A DNA stretch of 64,000 nucleotides from Ruminococcus flavefaciens (GCF_028725585.1 NZ_JAQYRV010000150.1); one strand, 5' to 3'; shown: positions 17,655 through 27,383, counted from the stretch's first letter. Notes: a model not told the origin generated them from the letters alone. A program made the numbers and translations.

Positions 17655-17855
17655 TTATTGTTTTTGTTCCTTGCCGCCCTCATACTCAGGAAGATAAGGG
17701 CATATCTCCTCATAGGAGCTGCGCTGAACGCTGTCCTCAGCGGCATAGGGAATAAGTCCCGTCATATCCCCCCACGAAGCCGAAGGGCAGAAATACTCCT
17801 CTTTTTCGGGTTCGGGAACAGGGATATTCTTCTTTTTTCTGCTCATTTTCATCAT
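17655..17855 (-). CDS. Small hypothetical protein (about 63-66 aa; best start probably ATG 17846)
   Basis: GGGAG RBS and its own terminator. The motif SASWGDMTGLIP...SYEEICPY resembles a small clostridial family as I recall it (not verified). Confidence 0.65.
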   Translation of the reverse strand: MMKMSRKKKNIPVPEPEKEEYFCPSASWGDMTGLIPYAAEDSVQRSSYEEICPYLPEYEGGKEQKQ

Positions 17856-17895
17856 CTCCCGCAGATATTATCTGCAAAGCTATGACGATTATTCA

Positions 17896-17932
17896 GAAAA
17901 AGCCATAGCATTTCCGCAGAAACACTATGGCT
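17896..17932 (-). terminator. Terminator after the TPR gene
   Basis: AGCCATAG...CTATGGCT stem (17901-17932), followed by T5 on the minus strand. Confidence 0.65.
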
Positions 17933-17954
17933 CATATCCGTTATTCAGTCGGGA

Positions 17955-19049
17955 TCATTTTTCAGGGTTATCGTTCACCGTCTGTACAATGCTTGGCTTT
18001 GCCTCGCTCTTATCCTCAGGCGCAGGCACAGCCATAGGAGCATCAGGCTCATATTTAAGGATTATCTTCTTTATCTCTTCATCGCGTGTAAGATTATATG
18101 TCATTTTCAGCGCTTTGAGAGCATTGGGGATATCCTTATCCATGAGGTAATTAGCAGAAAGCTGTGCAGCTACAGATACTACGTCCTCATTTGGTCCGTA
18201 AGGTATCTTGTACTTCTCCATAGCAGCATTTATATCTTCCTGCGTTGGCTTCTTGATAGGACTTCCCTTACGCTCTGCAATATCTCTCAGTTCGTAAGGT
18301 ATTGCAGGGTGAGGAGCAAAGATGATACTTGCTGAAAGGAAAGCTACTGCATCATCATACTCGCCCATATCTGTAAGCGCATAGCCCACATTAGCATAGC
18401 ATCTTGCGATCGCAACAGGAGAAGATGCCACTTCAAGAGTAGCACGGCTCGTTTCGATGAGCATTCTTCTGTTGTTGAGAAGCTTATACACCTCTGCAAG
18501 CTCAAATCTCGGAGCACAGTCAAGCGGATTATACTCCATAGCCTTTTCAAGCGCAGGGATAGCATCAAGCGGCGAACCCGTCTCTACAAGGATATAAGCA
18601 TATGTAGTGATATAAGCAGCAAAGTCAAAGGGTGTGCGGTTGAGTATCTTATCGTCCTTTTTGTATTTGAGCTGATAAAGATTATCCTCAAAAGGATTTC
18701 TCAGCGATACAAACTTTGAATTTTCGCCGTCTCTGTAGTCTATTGTTATTTTCTTATAAAGGCGCTCTGCAAGAGATTTTGCCTCTGTAAGATTTTTTTC
18801 CTTGACAAGCTGCATTATCTTATCATGCATCTCGTCAAGACGCATACCGTCAACATGGGTAAGTCTCTGTATCTCTTCCTTCTGTTCCTGCGGCATGATC
18901 TCGATAAGAAGTTGTGTTGCAGCATCTACGCCCTCTCTGTTTCCTGCCTCAGCAAAACGCTCAGCCTCGCTGCGGAGAAATTTATTGTTTTCTTCAAGTG
19001 AATCCGTGAGCTTCGCTCTCAGTTCTTCAATGATCTTATTCTCTGCCAT
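17955..19049 (-). CDS. Tetratricopeptide-repeat protein
   Basis: TPR-like helices (AIPALEKAMEYNP, CYANVGYALTDMGEYDDAVAFL); 364 aa, no signal peptide. Confidence 0.8.
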   Translation of the reverse strand: MAENKIIEELRAKLTDSLEENNKFLRSEAERFAEAGNREGVDAATQLLIEIMPQEQKEEIQRLTHVDGMRLDEMHDKIMQLVKEKNLTEAKSLAERLYKKITIDYRDGENSKFVSLRNPFEDNLYQLKYKKDDKILNRTPFDFAAYITTYAYILVETGSPLDAIPALEKAMEYNPLDCAPRFELAEVYKLLNNRRMLIETSRATLEVASSPVAIARCYANVGYALTDMGEYDDAVAFLSASIIFAPHPAIPYELRDIAERKGSPIKKPTQEDINAAMEKYKIPYGPNEDVVSVAAQLSANYLMDKDIPNALKALKMTYNLTRDEEIKKIILKYEPDAPMAVPAPEDKSEAKPSIVQTVNDNPEK

Positions 19050-19136
19050 TGATTTTCCTCATTTCATTTGCGATATTATACATTACCGCACAAAGTAACA
19101 GCAATGCGCTCTTTGTGCGGTATTGAAATTATTCTA

Positions 19137-21515
19137 TCAGAAGCCTCTCTTTGACATTTCCTTTCTGAACTTGGCATCGATCTTATCCTGCTTCTTCTTA
19201 GCCTTGAGTTCAGCCTTTGTCATATAACGTGCGTCCTTCTCCATAGACTGCTGTCTCTGAGCAGGAGCTCCGCCTCTGTACGTATTCTGCTGAGGTCCTT
19301 TATACTCCTCGAATACAGGAACGTTCTGCTGTGCCTGAGCCTTAGCCTGAAGCTGTCTCTTTGCCGACTCATCGCCCATAGTTGAAAGAACGTCCTCAAC
19401 AGATGTAAGAACAGGGCTGTTAGCATGGAGTCCCTGTGTATCGATAAGGTTCTTGTCAGCGTACTCCTTTGAGCTTGCGATAGCATTGATGAACGCCTGT
19501 GAAGTAGACTTGCTGTGTGGATTTACAGCGATCTTGGAAATATTCGCAGATGGAATACCGCTCTGCTGAACAGGTCTTCTCGGAACTGCCGATCTAACAG
19601 GAGCCTGCTGTACAGGAGCAACAGGTCTCTGCTGCTGTGCCTGCTGAACAGGAGCTGCTGCTGCAGCTCTCTGTGCCTGTGCTGCTGTCTGCTGTGCAGG
19701 AGCTGCGGTCTGAGGTCTCTGCTGCTGAGCAGGAGCTGCTGCCTGAGGCTTAACTGCCGGCTGTGCACCTACAGGAACATATACAGGCTGACCGTTCTGA
19801 TCATATCCTGCAAGCTTCATCTGCATATACTTGTATACAGGCTGATTGTTTGCATCATAGCCTGCAAGCTGCGGAACCTTGATGATCTGCGGCTGCTGTG
19901 CCTGCTGTTTAGGCTGTTCTGCCTCTGCTGTATTTCTCTCAGCACCTGCGCCCGGTGCTACATAATTATAATCACTCATATTGGTATCATACTCCTCTTC
20001 TGCCATTATCGGCTCATTAAATACTGGTGCGGAAATATCTTCGAGTACCGCTTCGCTGATGTCATTAAATGCAGGCATTCCCCCGTTTATCGGTGCAGGC
20101 TCAGTCACTGCATCTGTAATGTCATCAAGTATAGGTGCTGTAATATGTTCTGCAGGTGGTATTTCGTCAAATGCAGGAACAGTTATGTCCTCAACTGTCG
20201 GTTTCTGCTCTCCAGCAGATGGGGCTGTCTCCTGATAAGCTGATATATCATCAATAACAGGAGCATTTATACCATTAGCTTCAGAAGCTGCTGACATATC
20301 ACCTACAGAAGGTATAGCCAGTTCTTCCATTTCCTTTGGCATATTCTGGTCAAACTGAGGATAAACAGGAGCAGTTTCGGGAATATCCTGCTGTATTGCT
20401 TCCTCATATCCAAACAGCTTATCCTGACCGTTATCCGGCTCAGCGCCTTGAACAGGAGGCTCTGCAGGATATATCATATCAGGCTGTATGTACTGTGGAA
20501 CAGGCTCTGCATACTGCTGTATAAACTCTCCCTCATCGGCGCCGATGACGTTCTGATCGCCGCCGTAAACAGGCTGTCCATATGCAGGCTGACCGTATAC
20601 AGGCTCCTGAACAGGCTCATTTCCAATAGAGAACATCTGCATTATATCCTCTTCGGACTGTACCTGTAAAGGCTGTTCGGGCTGACCATAAACAGGAGTC
20701 TGCGGCTGTCCGTATATCGGAGCCTGCTGCTGTCCGTAATTAAAATCAAGTCCGTCCATTTTATCGGATTCTTCATTATACATAGGTTCAGGCTCGCCGC
20801 CGGGGATCGCTGACTGCTGCGGTGAAGGAATTGCGAACTGTGCGAGAAAATCGTCTTCGGGCACTGCTGCATTGGTCTGTACCGGATCAGCAACTGCGTC
20901 AGGCTTCTGTACAGCGAACTGTGCGAGAAAATCATCTTCCTCTGCAGGAGCAGGCACCGGCTCTTCCTTAGGAACATTTATCGCAAACTGAGCAAGGCTC
21001 TCATCCATAGCAACACCTGTTCCGGGGATGGTGCTTACAGGAGGCTCAGGCACAGGCTGAACTCTGTCGGCAGCAGGCTTTGTAAAATATTCAGCTGCCT
21101 CTCTTGCAGCCTCTTCATCAGCCTTTCTCTTAGCCTCGGCAGCAGCTCTTGCTTCTTCCTCTGCCTTTCTCCTTGCCTCTTCTTCTTTTCTTTTCGCATC
21201 AGGATCTCTTGTGATCTTAGCAGTGGTATTTCCGAGAGGCACTATGCCTTCATCGCCCATACCCATTTTTTCACGTCTCTTCTCTTCCTTGAGGAGCAGA
21301 GCCATTTCTTTTTTGTCAGCCTTGATAAGCTTTTTAGCAAGATTTGCCTTACATTTCTCGCAGGTGATCTCTTTAAGGTCTGTCATTCTTGTGGTCCTGT
21401 GGAAACGAGTCGCATTCTCAGGCTTGAGCAGATTTATGCCACAGCCTGTTTTCTTTTCATTCTCAGTACCGTGAACAATTTTATCAAACGAAGACGTTAC
21501 CAATGTTATATCCAT
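19137..21515 (-). CDS. 792-aa Pro/Gln/acidic low-complexity protein with N-terminal putative Zn-binding motif
   Basis: Start moved to ATG 21515 (RBS GGAGAGG). Contains H-x9-CG...CxxC, a charged coiled coil, repeated DFLAQFA, YGQP, PxxDDI and GYDxNxQPVY motifs, and a basic helical C-terminus. Confidence 0.85.
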   Translation of the reverse strand: MDITLVTSSFDKIVHGTENEKKTGCGINLLKPENATRFHRTTRMTDLKEITCEKCKANLAKKLIKADKKEMALLLKEEKRREKMGMGDEGIVPLGNTTAKITRDPDAKRKEEEARRKAEEEARAAAEAKRKADEEAAREAAEYFTKPAADRVQPVPEPPVSTIPGTGVAMDESLAQFAINVPKEEPVPAPAEEDDFLAQFAVQKPDAVADPVQTNAAVPEDDFLAQFAIPSPQQSAIPGGEPEPMYNEESDKMDGLDFNYGQQQAPIYGQPQTPVYGQPEQPLQVQSEEDIMQMFSIGNEPVQEPVYGQPAYGQPVYGGDQNVIGADEGEFIQQYAEPVPQYIQPDMIYPAEPPVQGAEPDNGQDKLFGYEEAIQQDIPETAPVYPQFDQNMPKEMEELAIPSVGDMSAASEANGINAPVIDDISAYQETAPSAGEQKPTVEDITVPAFDEIPPAEHITAPILDDITDAVTEPAPINGGMPAFNDISEAVLEDISAPVFNEPIMAEEEYDTNMSDYNYVAPGAGAERNTAEAEQPKQQAQQPQIIKVPQLAGYDANNQPVYKYMQMKLAGYDQNGQPVYVPVGAQPAVKPQAAAPAQQQRPQTAAPAQQTAAQAQRAAAAAPVQQAQQQRPVAPVQQAPVRSAVPRRPVQQSGIPSANISKIAVNPHSKSTSQAFINAIASSKEYADKNLIDTQGLHANSPVLTSVEDVLSTMGDESAKRQLQAKAQAQQNVPVFEEYKGPQQNTYRGGAPAQRQQSMEKDARYMTKAELKAKKKQDKIDAKFRKEMSKRGF

Positions 21516-21659
21516 AGTCCTCTCCCAACCGCAGCAAAGCCGCAGCCTCCGCTTTACGGCAGCGGACCGCCGATTTCCCTGATCGCTGCAGAAAATACGC
21601 TCAGAATTGATAGAGGGTCTGAGACGGATCTGCAATAATGCGAATAACTATACAAGTAT

Positions 21660-21688
21660 ATTATACATGATACTTCAAAAAAAATCAA
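21660..21688 (-). promoter_or_regulatory. Promoter of the low-complexity protein gene
   Basis: TTGATT (21688-21683), 17 bp spacer, TATAAT (21665-21660). This implies a leader of about 135 nt. Confidence 0.65.
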
Positions 21689-22057
21689 CACTTTCTAAAA
21701 AAATGACCACCAAAATTATACCCATTTTAAAATTTTCGGTAAAAATAACAAATCGTTATTGATTTTTTTGTCAAAATTCTCCTACATTGTTTAAGTTAAA
21801 TTAGGTAAATAAGAATATTTCAACGTATCTGCGTTGTTTTTCGATATATTCCGCCTCTGCTTCGATGTCTTCCTAACATAAAGACCAAAATCATGACCCT
21901 TATCAGCCATTATTTTACATAGACGTAAAAAATTATGAAATCATACATTTTACTCTTGCATTATGAGCGATTTTGTTGTATTATTAATAGTGTGTTGGTA
22001 GATGAAAAATTTGCTTTTTTCATATGCCGTCTAAGCTTCTTAAAAGGAGGAAAAAAC

Positions 22058-23074
22058 GTGAAGCTCGTTTCCGTAGTAGTTCCGTGTTATAATGAGCAGG
22101 AGGTTCTCCCCATGTTCTATGAGGAGATAACAAAAGTCACAGGTCAGATGTCAAAGGATTTTCCTGAGCTGACTTTCGAATACCTCTTCATCAACGACGG
22201 TTCTAAAGATACAACCCTTGATATACTCCGTTCCCTTTCAGAAAAGGACAAACGGGTAAGATACATTTCATTCTCTCGCAATTTCGGCAAGGAATCAGGT
22301 ATGTACGCAGGTCTGAAAAATGCCAAGGGCGACTATGTTGTCGTTATGGACGCAGACCTTCAGCATCCGCCCGCTTTCCTTCCTCAGATGTACAGCTATG
22401 TCAGAAACGGTGAGTACGATTGTGCCACAACACGCCGCGTAAGCAGACAGGGCGAGTCAAAGGTGCGCTCATGGTTCGCAAGACTGTTCTATAAGATAAT
22501 GAACAAGATCTCTCAGACCGAGATCGTTGACGGCGCTCAGGACTTCCGCTTCATGACCCGTCAGATGGTCGACGCGATACTCGATATGACTGAATATAAC
22601 CGTTTTTCAAAGGGTATATTCAGCTGGGTAGGCTTTAACACCAGATACATCGAATACGAAAACGTTGAAAGACCGGCAGGTACTTCCTCATGGTCATTCT
22701 GGGGCCTTTTCAAATACTCTCTTGAGGGTATCATGGCATTCTCCACAGCTCCACTGGCTATAGCCTCACTGCTGGGAATAATCACCTGCTTTATCGCTTT
22801 CGTACTTATAGTAGTAACGATAATCCGCTCGATATTCGGCTGGCTGAATGCACCTGACGGATATCCCACAATGCTCTGTCTCATATTCCTTTTCAGCGGA
22901 CTTCAGCTCTTCAGCGTCGGAATTCTCGGACAGTACCTTTCAAAAACTTACCTTGAAACGAAAAATCGTCCTATCTATATAACAAAAGAAACAGAAGATA
23001 TCTACAGACAGCGCAAGGCTGAGGCTCAGAAGAACGCTTCTGAAAATACAGGAGCTTCCGACAGCAGCAAATGA
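22058..23074 (+). CDS. GT2 polyprenyl-phosphate glycosyltransferase (GtrB/CsbB-like)
   Basis: GTG start after AGGAGG. SVVVPCYNE, INDGSKD, FSRNFGKE, MDADLQHPP motifs and two C-terminal TMs. Confidence 0.9.
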   Translation: MKLVSVVVPCYNEQEVLPMFYEEITKVTGQMSKDFPELTFEYLFINDGSKDTTLDILRSLSEKDKRVRYISFSRNFGKESGMYAGLKNAKGDYVVVMDADLQHPPAFLPQMYSYVRNGEYDCATTRRVSRQGESKVRSWFARLFYKIMNKISQTEIVDGAQDFRFMTRQMVDAILDMTEYNRFSKGIFSWVGFNTRYIEYENVERPAGTSSWSFWGLFKYSLEGIMAFSTAPLAIASLLGIITCFIAFVLIVVTIIRSIFGWLNAPDGYPTMLCLIFLFSGLQLFSVGILGQYLSKTYLETKNRPIYITKETEDIYRQRKAEAQKNASENTGASDSSK

Positions 23075-23095
23075 TCGCAGGGAGGTGCGGAGACA

Positions 23096-24175
23096 TTGAC
23101 TAAGCATATGAGACTTGTGGTCTCCGTATTATTTATCGTAATAATCGTCCTCGCCGTCGCTATAACCCGTTTCTATTCAAGCACGGGCAAAAGCACGGAA
23201 CTGAGCGGTACTCAGCCCGCTATTGAGAAAATACTCGACGATGACAAATCAGGCAACCATATTTTCCAGAATGATTCGGGAATGTACGGTATTATCGACA
23301 GCAATGAGCGCGTTATCGTATATCCCGAATGGAATGAACTCAAATTCACCGAAAGCGGTCTTTGCATAGCATCAAAGCGCATAAGAGGCAAAATGCTGTT
23401 CGGCGGTATCGACTATGAGGGGAATATTTCTCTTCCCTTTGTATACTCGGATATAAGCCGCATAAATATGCCTTACCGCACTCTTTACGCTGCAAAGTCT
23501 GCTGATGACCAGTCTGTCGTTATCTACGATCAGAACTTCAACCCATGTTTTTCAAGGGTGTGGGATTCATACAAGGAAAGTGAGAATGAACTTATTCTCA
23601 GATCAAAGAACGGCACTTACAGCTATTCAGTATCATCAGGTGATATGATCCTCAGAAATGCCGCTGTAAAAGGCGAAGCTATAGGTCATCCGTTCACTAT
23701 CGAGGTCACAAATAAGTATTTGCTCTCACAGCTTAGCATCTCTTCACTTGAGAATATGTGCCGCGCTGTAGAAAGATACATGAAATACGCTTTTACAGGC
23801 GACAGCAGTCTGCTTTCAGATATAAATGCCGCACCGTCAGCTGTATTTCTTACACTTTTCCCTGAGGATCATTCCATAACCGAGAAAAATCTTATGGGTA
23901 TATCCGATATATCGTTATATTCAGCAAGCTCTGACAGTGATCTTGCGCATTACAAGCTGTCTATCACAGCTGATATTTCTATTTCCTACAAAAACGAGGA
24001 AAAGAAGCTAAAACGCCTGAGAGGCGATTACAAATCTATCATGGAATTCACGTATAGTCCCAATGACGGACTGAAAGTCATATCAGGAGACTTTGTCCCG
24101 AACAAACCGTCGTATCCTGCGACAAATCACGCTGCTCAGCCTAACGGTCAGCAGACCACAGATAACAGCCACTGA
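23096..24175 (+). CDS. Membrane-anchored WG-repeat-like exported protein
   Basis: N-terminal TM, then SGMYGIIDSNERVIVYP and FGGIDYEGNISLPFVY repeats. Confidence 0.6.
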   Translation: MTKHMRLVVSVLFIVIIVLAVAITRFYSSTGKSTELSGTQPAIEKILDDDKSGNHIFQNDSGMYGIIDSNERVIVYPEWNELKFTESGLCIASKRIRGKMLFGGIDYEGNISLPFVYSDISRINMPYRTLYAAKSADDQSVVIYDQNFNPCFSRVWDSYKESENELILRSKNGTYSYSVSSGDMILRNAAVKGEAIGHPFTIEVTNKYLLSQLSISSLENMCRAVERYMKYAFTGDSSLLSDINAAPSAVFLTLFPEDHSITEKNLMGISDISLYSASSDSDLAHYKLSITADISISYKNEEKKLKRLRGDYKSIMEFTYSPNDGLKVISGDFVPNKPSYPATNHAAQPNGQQTTDNSH

Positions 24176-24185
24176 CGGAGGAATT

Positions 24186-25409
24186 ATGATGAAGAAGAAA
24201 ATCGCACTTATCTCCGTGCTTGTTATGCTGTGCACAGCAGGCTGCGGAAGTATCGACAACGCCGATGAGGTAGCCGACGAGAGCCTTACAACTCAGTCAG
24301 CTTCCGACGAGGAGGAGACCTCAGAAGCCGAGACCGAAGCCGCCTCAAATGAAACGGATAAACTCGGCACGGAATTCAATATATTCCCTGATATAAAGCT
24401 GGGCATGACGGAAGACGAGCTCAAGGCCGTTATTGGTGACGACTATGAGCGCAGCGTCGAGAAATTACAGAATGTCGGCCCTGAGATCGCATATTATACC
24501 GTTCCTTTTGAAAGCTGTCCCGAGCTTGATGCCGATATGGCAGGACACAAGCTTTTCACCTTCATTCCTGACGGCGAGCTTATATGTATAAGCTGCCATT
24601 TCGGAGTAAAGGATAGGGACGATACTCCTGTAAAGGAGTATTCAGAGGACGAGATAAAAGCCCTTTACGACACGCTTTTCGATAAAATACACGAACACTA
24701 CGGCGATCATTATTCATCAGCCGACAATGAGGAAAACTGCCTTAGCAGTCTCAGCTGGAATAATATTTTCGGCAATCTTTATCTCTCGTCTTACTATTAT
24801 GAAGATACGAAAACAGGAAAAGTCTCAATATCTTCAATGGGAGACGATTTCGCGCAGAAGATACTCTCCGCCGCAAAAACTTCCGATAAAGACGACTCTG
24901 CATCTGGTTTTAATGAGTCAGAGATCATAGCAGAGGGAAGTCTGTTTTCTCAGCTTAATGCCGAGATCTCAAAGGAGCAGGCATTTGCCACTATCGGGAA
25001 AGAACCTGCCGTCACCGAGAACAGAGGCTCTTATTCGTTCTATGAGTGGAATTTTGATAAGGACGATGCCTTTGGCACAGATTTTCCTTTTTCACTCTAT
25101 ATCGAGTTTGACGATAAGAATGATCGTATAAATTCCTACGGATATGAGCTGGGAGTACAGAAAGTTGACGGCAATTATGATCTTCGCTGCAATTACAATG
25201 AACTCAAAGAGAAGTTTGGCAGCATGGCTTCAAAGTTTAAAGCTGTCTACGGTTCTCCGAGAGATGCCGCGTCTGATGATAATAACATCTATATATGGGA
25301 TGATTCGGATATAGTAATGTTTTTAACGCCTTCCTACGATGAAGATGCTTTCGCATCTGCGGATAATACCGGCAGCGGCTTTATATGTATCGCAAGGTCA
25401 TATGAATAA
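24186..25409 (+). CDS. Lipoprotein with two copies of a shared domain
   Basis: Start at ATG 24186, lipobox TAGC, acidic linker, two similar domains (KLGMTEDELKAVIG and LNAEISKEQAFATIG). Confidence 0.8.
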   Translation: MMKKKIALISVLVMLCTAGCGSIDNADEVADESLTTQSASDEEETSEAETEAASNETDKLGTEFNIFPDIKLGMTEDELKAVIGDDYERSVEKLQNVGPEIAYYTVPFESCPELDADMAGHKLFTFIPDGELICISCHFGVKDRDDTPVKEYSEDEIKALYDTLFDKIHEHYGDHYSSADNEENCLSSLSWNNIFGNLYLSSYYYEDTKTGKVSISSMGDDFAQKILSAAKTSDKDDSASGFNESEIIAEGSLFSQLNAEISKEQAFATIGKEPAVTENRGSYSFYEWNFDKDDAFGTDFPFSLYIEFDDKNDRINSYGYELGVQKVDGNYDLRCNYNELKEKFGSMASKFKAVYGSPRDAASDDNNIYIWDDSDIVMFLTPSYDEDAFASADNTGSGFICIARSYE

Positions 25410-25436
25410 AACCGTCTGAAACAATCGGAGGGATGT

Positions 25437-26168
25437 ATGATAAAGAAAAGAGCCGCTATGATATCCGCACTTGTTATGCTCTGCACAGCAGGCTGCGGAA
25501 GAATAGACTATTCAGCCGAAACAACCGAGGAAACTACTGATGCTGAGGTCACAACAACTGAAGAAGAGATCACATCTGAAGAAATAACGACCGCCGAGGA
25601 AACAACTGCCGAATCGGAGATCACCTCAGAGCCAACTTCCGCCCCCCCTCAGATATCAGAAGATACCGATAATACCGACAAATTCAATGTCATTACACAG
25701 CTCAGCCCGGGTATGTCAAAGGACGAAGTCTTTGAAATCATCGGCAGTGACTATGACTTTGAATTGATCAAGGATTACAGATCAGTCGTCGAATACGACT
25801 ACAATTTTGATACCGAAGAAGCCTTCGGTACAGGACTCGGCGGATATATGTTCACTGAGTTTGACGATGAAACAGAAAAGCTCGTATGCTGCGGCTATCA
25901 TATAGGCGCTGTAGCTAAAGATGAACACAGCTGTACATACCCTTATTCAGCGGAACAGCTCGAAGAAGCATTCAATAAGATCCTTAATCCTCTCAATGAT
26001 GAATTCGGAGAAGCAACTCTGAATAACGACTATGAAGGTGAGGGCATTGATACCGAATACACATGGAATGCAGGCGCAGAAGAGATATGGGCTGTATGGG
26101 GTACAGATATGTGGGGCACATCGAGCGGTATAAACGAAATAATCGTTTCACGTTCCATTGACAATTAA
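25437..26168 (+). CDS. Lipoprotein, paralog of the preceding gene (one domain)
   Basis: Near-identical signal LVMLCTAGCG, T/E-rich linker, LSPGMSKDEVFEIIG...NFDTEEAFGT...EFDD. Confidence 0.8.
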   Translation: MIKKRAAMISALVMLCTAGCGRIDYSAETTEETTDAEVTTTEEEITSEEITTAEETTAESEITSEPTSAPPQISEDTDNTDKFNVITQLSPGMSKDEVFEIIGSDYDFELIKDYRSVVEYDYNFDTEEAFGTGLGGYMFTEFDDETEKLVCCGYHIGAVAKDEHSCTYPYSAEQLEEAFNKILNPLNDEFGEATLNNDYEGEGIDTEYTWNAGAEEIWAVWGTDMWGTSSGINEIIVSRSIDN

Positions 26169-26186
26169 TTTAAAGGAGAAATAACC

Positions 26187-26687
26187 ATGTCTAAAAAAGT
26201 TGCAGTTATCATGGGAAGCGACAGCGACTTCCCTGTTGTAAAATCAGCTCTTACTGAGCTTAAAAAATACGGCGTTGAGTTTGAGTGCCGTGTTATGAGC
26301 GCACACAGAACTCCTGCCGAAGCTTCTGAATTTGCTTCAAATGCAAAGGCTAACGGCTTCGGAGCTATCATCTGCGCCGCAGGTATGGCTGCTCACCTTG
26401 CAGGTGTAGTCGCAGGACATACAACACTTCCTGTTATCGGCATACCAATGAAATCAAAGGCACTTGAGGGCGTTGACGCTCTTCTGGCTACAGTAATGAT
26501 GCCTCCCGGAGTACCTGTTGCTACCGTAGGCATTGACGGCGCAAAGAATGCTGCTGTTCTTGCTGTACAGATGCTCGCTATCTCTGACGATGAGCTTGCT
26601 GCAAAGCTTGCTGCCGAGAAAAAGGCTATGGCTGACGGCGTTATCGCCAAGGACAAGGCTCTCCAGGAGCAGATAGCAGCACTCTGA
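26187..26687 (+). CDS. purE: N5-CAIR mutase / AIR carboxylase
   Basis: [38 protein letters not shown] motifs. Confidence 0.97.
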   Translation: MSKKVAVIMGSDSDFPVVKSALTELKKYGVEFECRVMSAHRTPAEASEFASNAKANGFGAIICAAGMAAHLAGVVAGHTTLPVIGIPMKSKALEGVDALLATVMMPPGVPVATVGIDGAKNAAVLAVQMLAISDDELAAKLAAEKKAMADGVIAKDKALQEQIAAL

Positions 26688-26726
26688 CACACACTTAAAC
26701 CACTTTCACCCAAAGGAGGTCAAAAT

Positions 26727-27383
26727 ATGACACCTTCAGAAAGAAAAGAACATTCAGAAAAGATACTTAGGGAAAAGGGAATAAGCATTAATCCAAATCT
26801 TCCTCTTACAGAAGAGGTATCGCAGATAAAATTGAAAAGTCTTGATGATATCTGCAAAAGAGGCATCGCCGCTTTACTGTCTACTCAGATAGGCATAGAA
26901 GTAAGCGAAAAGCGCACAGACAATCTCAATACCTTTATAAGACTTATGGAGCACTTCGGCGTTTATGACAATCTCAATGCAAAGGAGTCGCGCCTTGTAA
27001 ACGGTGAGGCTTCTCAGCAGGACGTTATCGACATAGTCTGGGAGTATGAATGCTACTGGTCACTGCTCTGGGCACTGGGGATAGTTGACGATATCACAGA
27101 CTCAAGCAAGATATGCGACTGTGAAATGGCAATACGCTCTGTATCACAGTGCGAGGACTTTGAAGACTTCAAGAGCAGATGCAATTTAAGAAGTGCAGAT
27201 GAGATCATGGATATGCTGGACCTTTACTACCGTTATCACTGGGCTGTTGTTCAGCATGAGCACATCGACAGCAATTGTTCTGTTGGTGATCTAAGCGGTG
27301 ATGTGGTATATGAGCGCAGACGCGGCCTTGAATGGCTGGTTTGCGATACCTCCGACTGGCACGATATATCACTTGATACATGA
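26727..27383 (+). CDS. DUF4272-like protein
   Basis: WEYECYWSLLWALG, LDLYYRYHWA and VVYERRRGLEWL resemble DUF4272 as I recall it. Confidence 0.7.
   Translation: MTPSERKEHSEKILREKGISINPNLPLTEEVSQIKLKSLDDICKRGIAALLSTQIGIEVSEKRTDNLNTFIRLMEHFGVYDNLNAKESRLVNGEASQQDVIDIVWEYECYWSLLWALGIVDDITDSSKICDCEMAIRSVSQCEDFEDFKSRCNLRSADEIMDMLDLYYRYHWAVVQHEHIDSNCSVGDLSGDVVYERRRGLEWLVCDTSDWHDISLDT

Noticed and set aside
19084-19122. 12-bp stem hairpin between the low-complexity gene and the TPR gene as a terminator
   Set aside because: No U-tract on the coding strand, and it overlaps a possible promoter. Function is ambiguous, so it is not called.
21516-21635. 40-aa N-terminal extension of the low-complexity protein (likewise the track extensions of GT2, the first lipoprotein, purM, 33666, groES, pspA and rplQ)
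   Set aside because: Downstream starts have better-placed RBSs, and the extensions do not look like protein.
21791-21910. 39-codon minus-strand ORF in the divergent intergenic region
   Set aside because: No RBS and no recognisable features.
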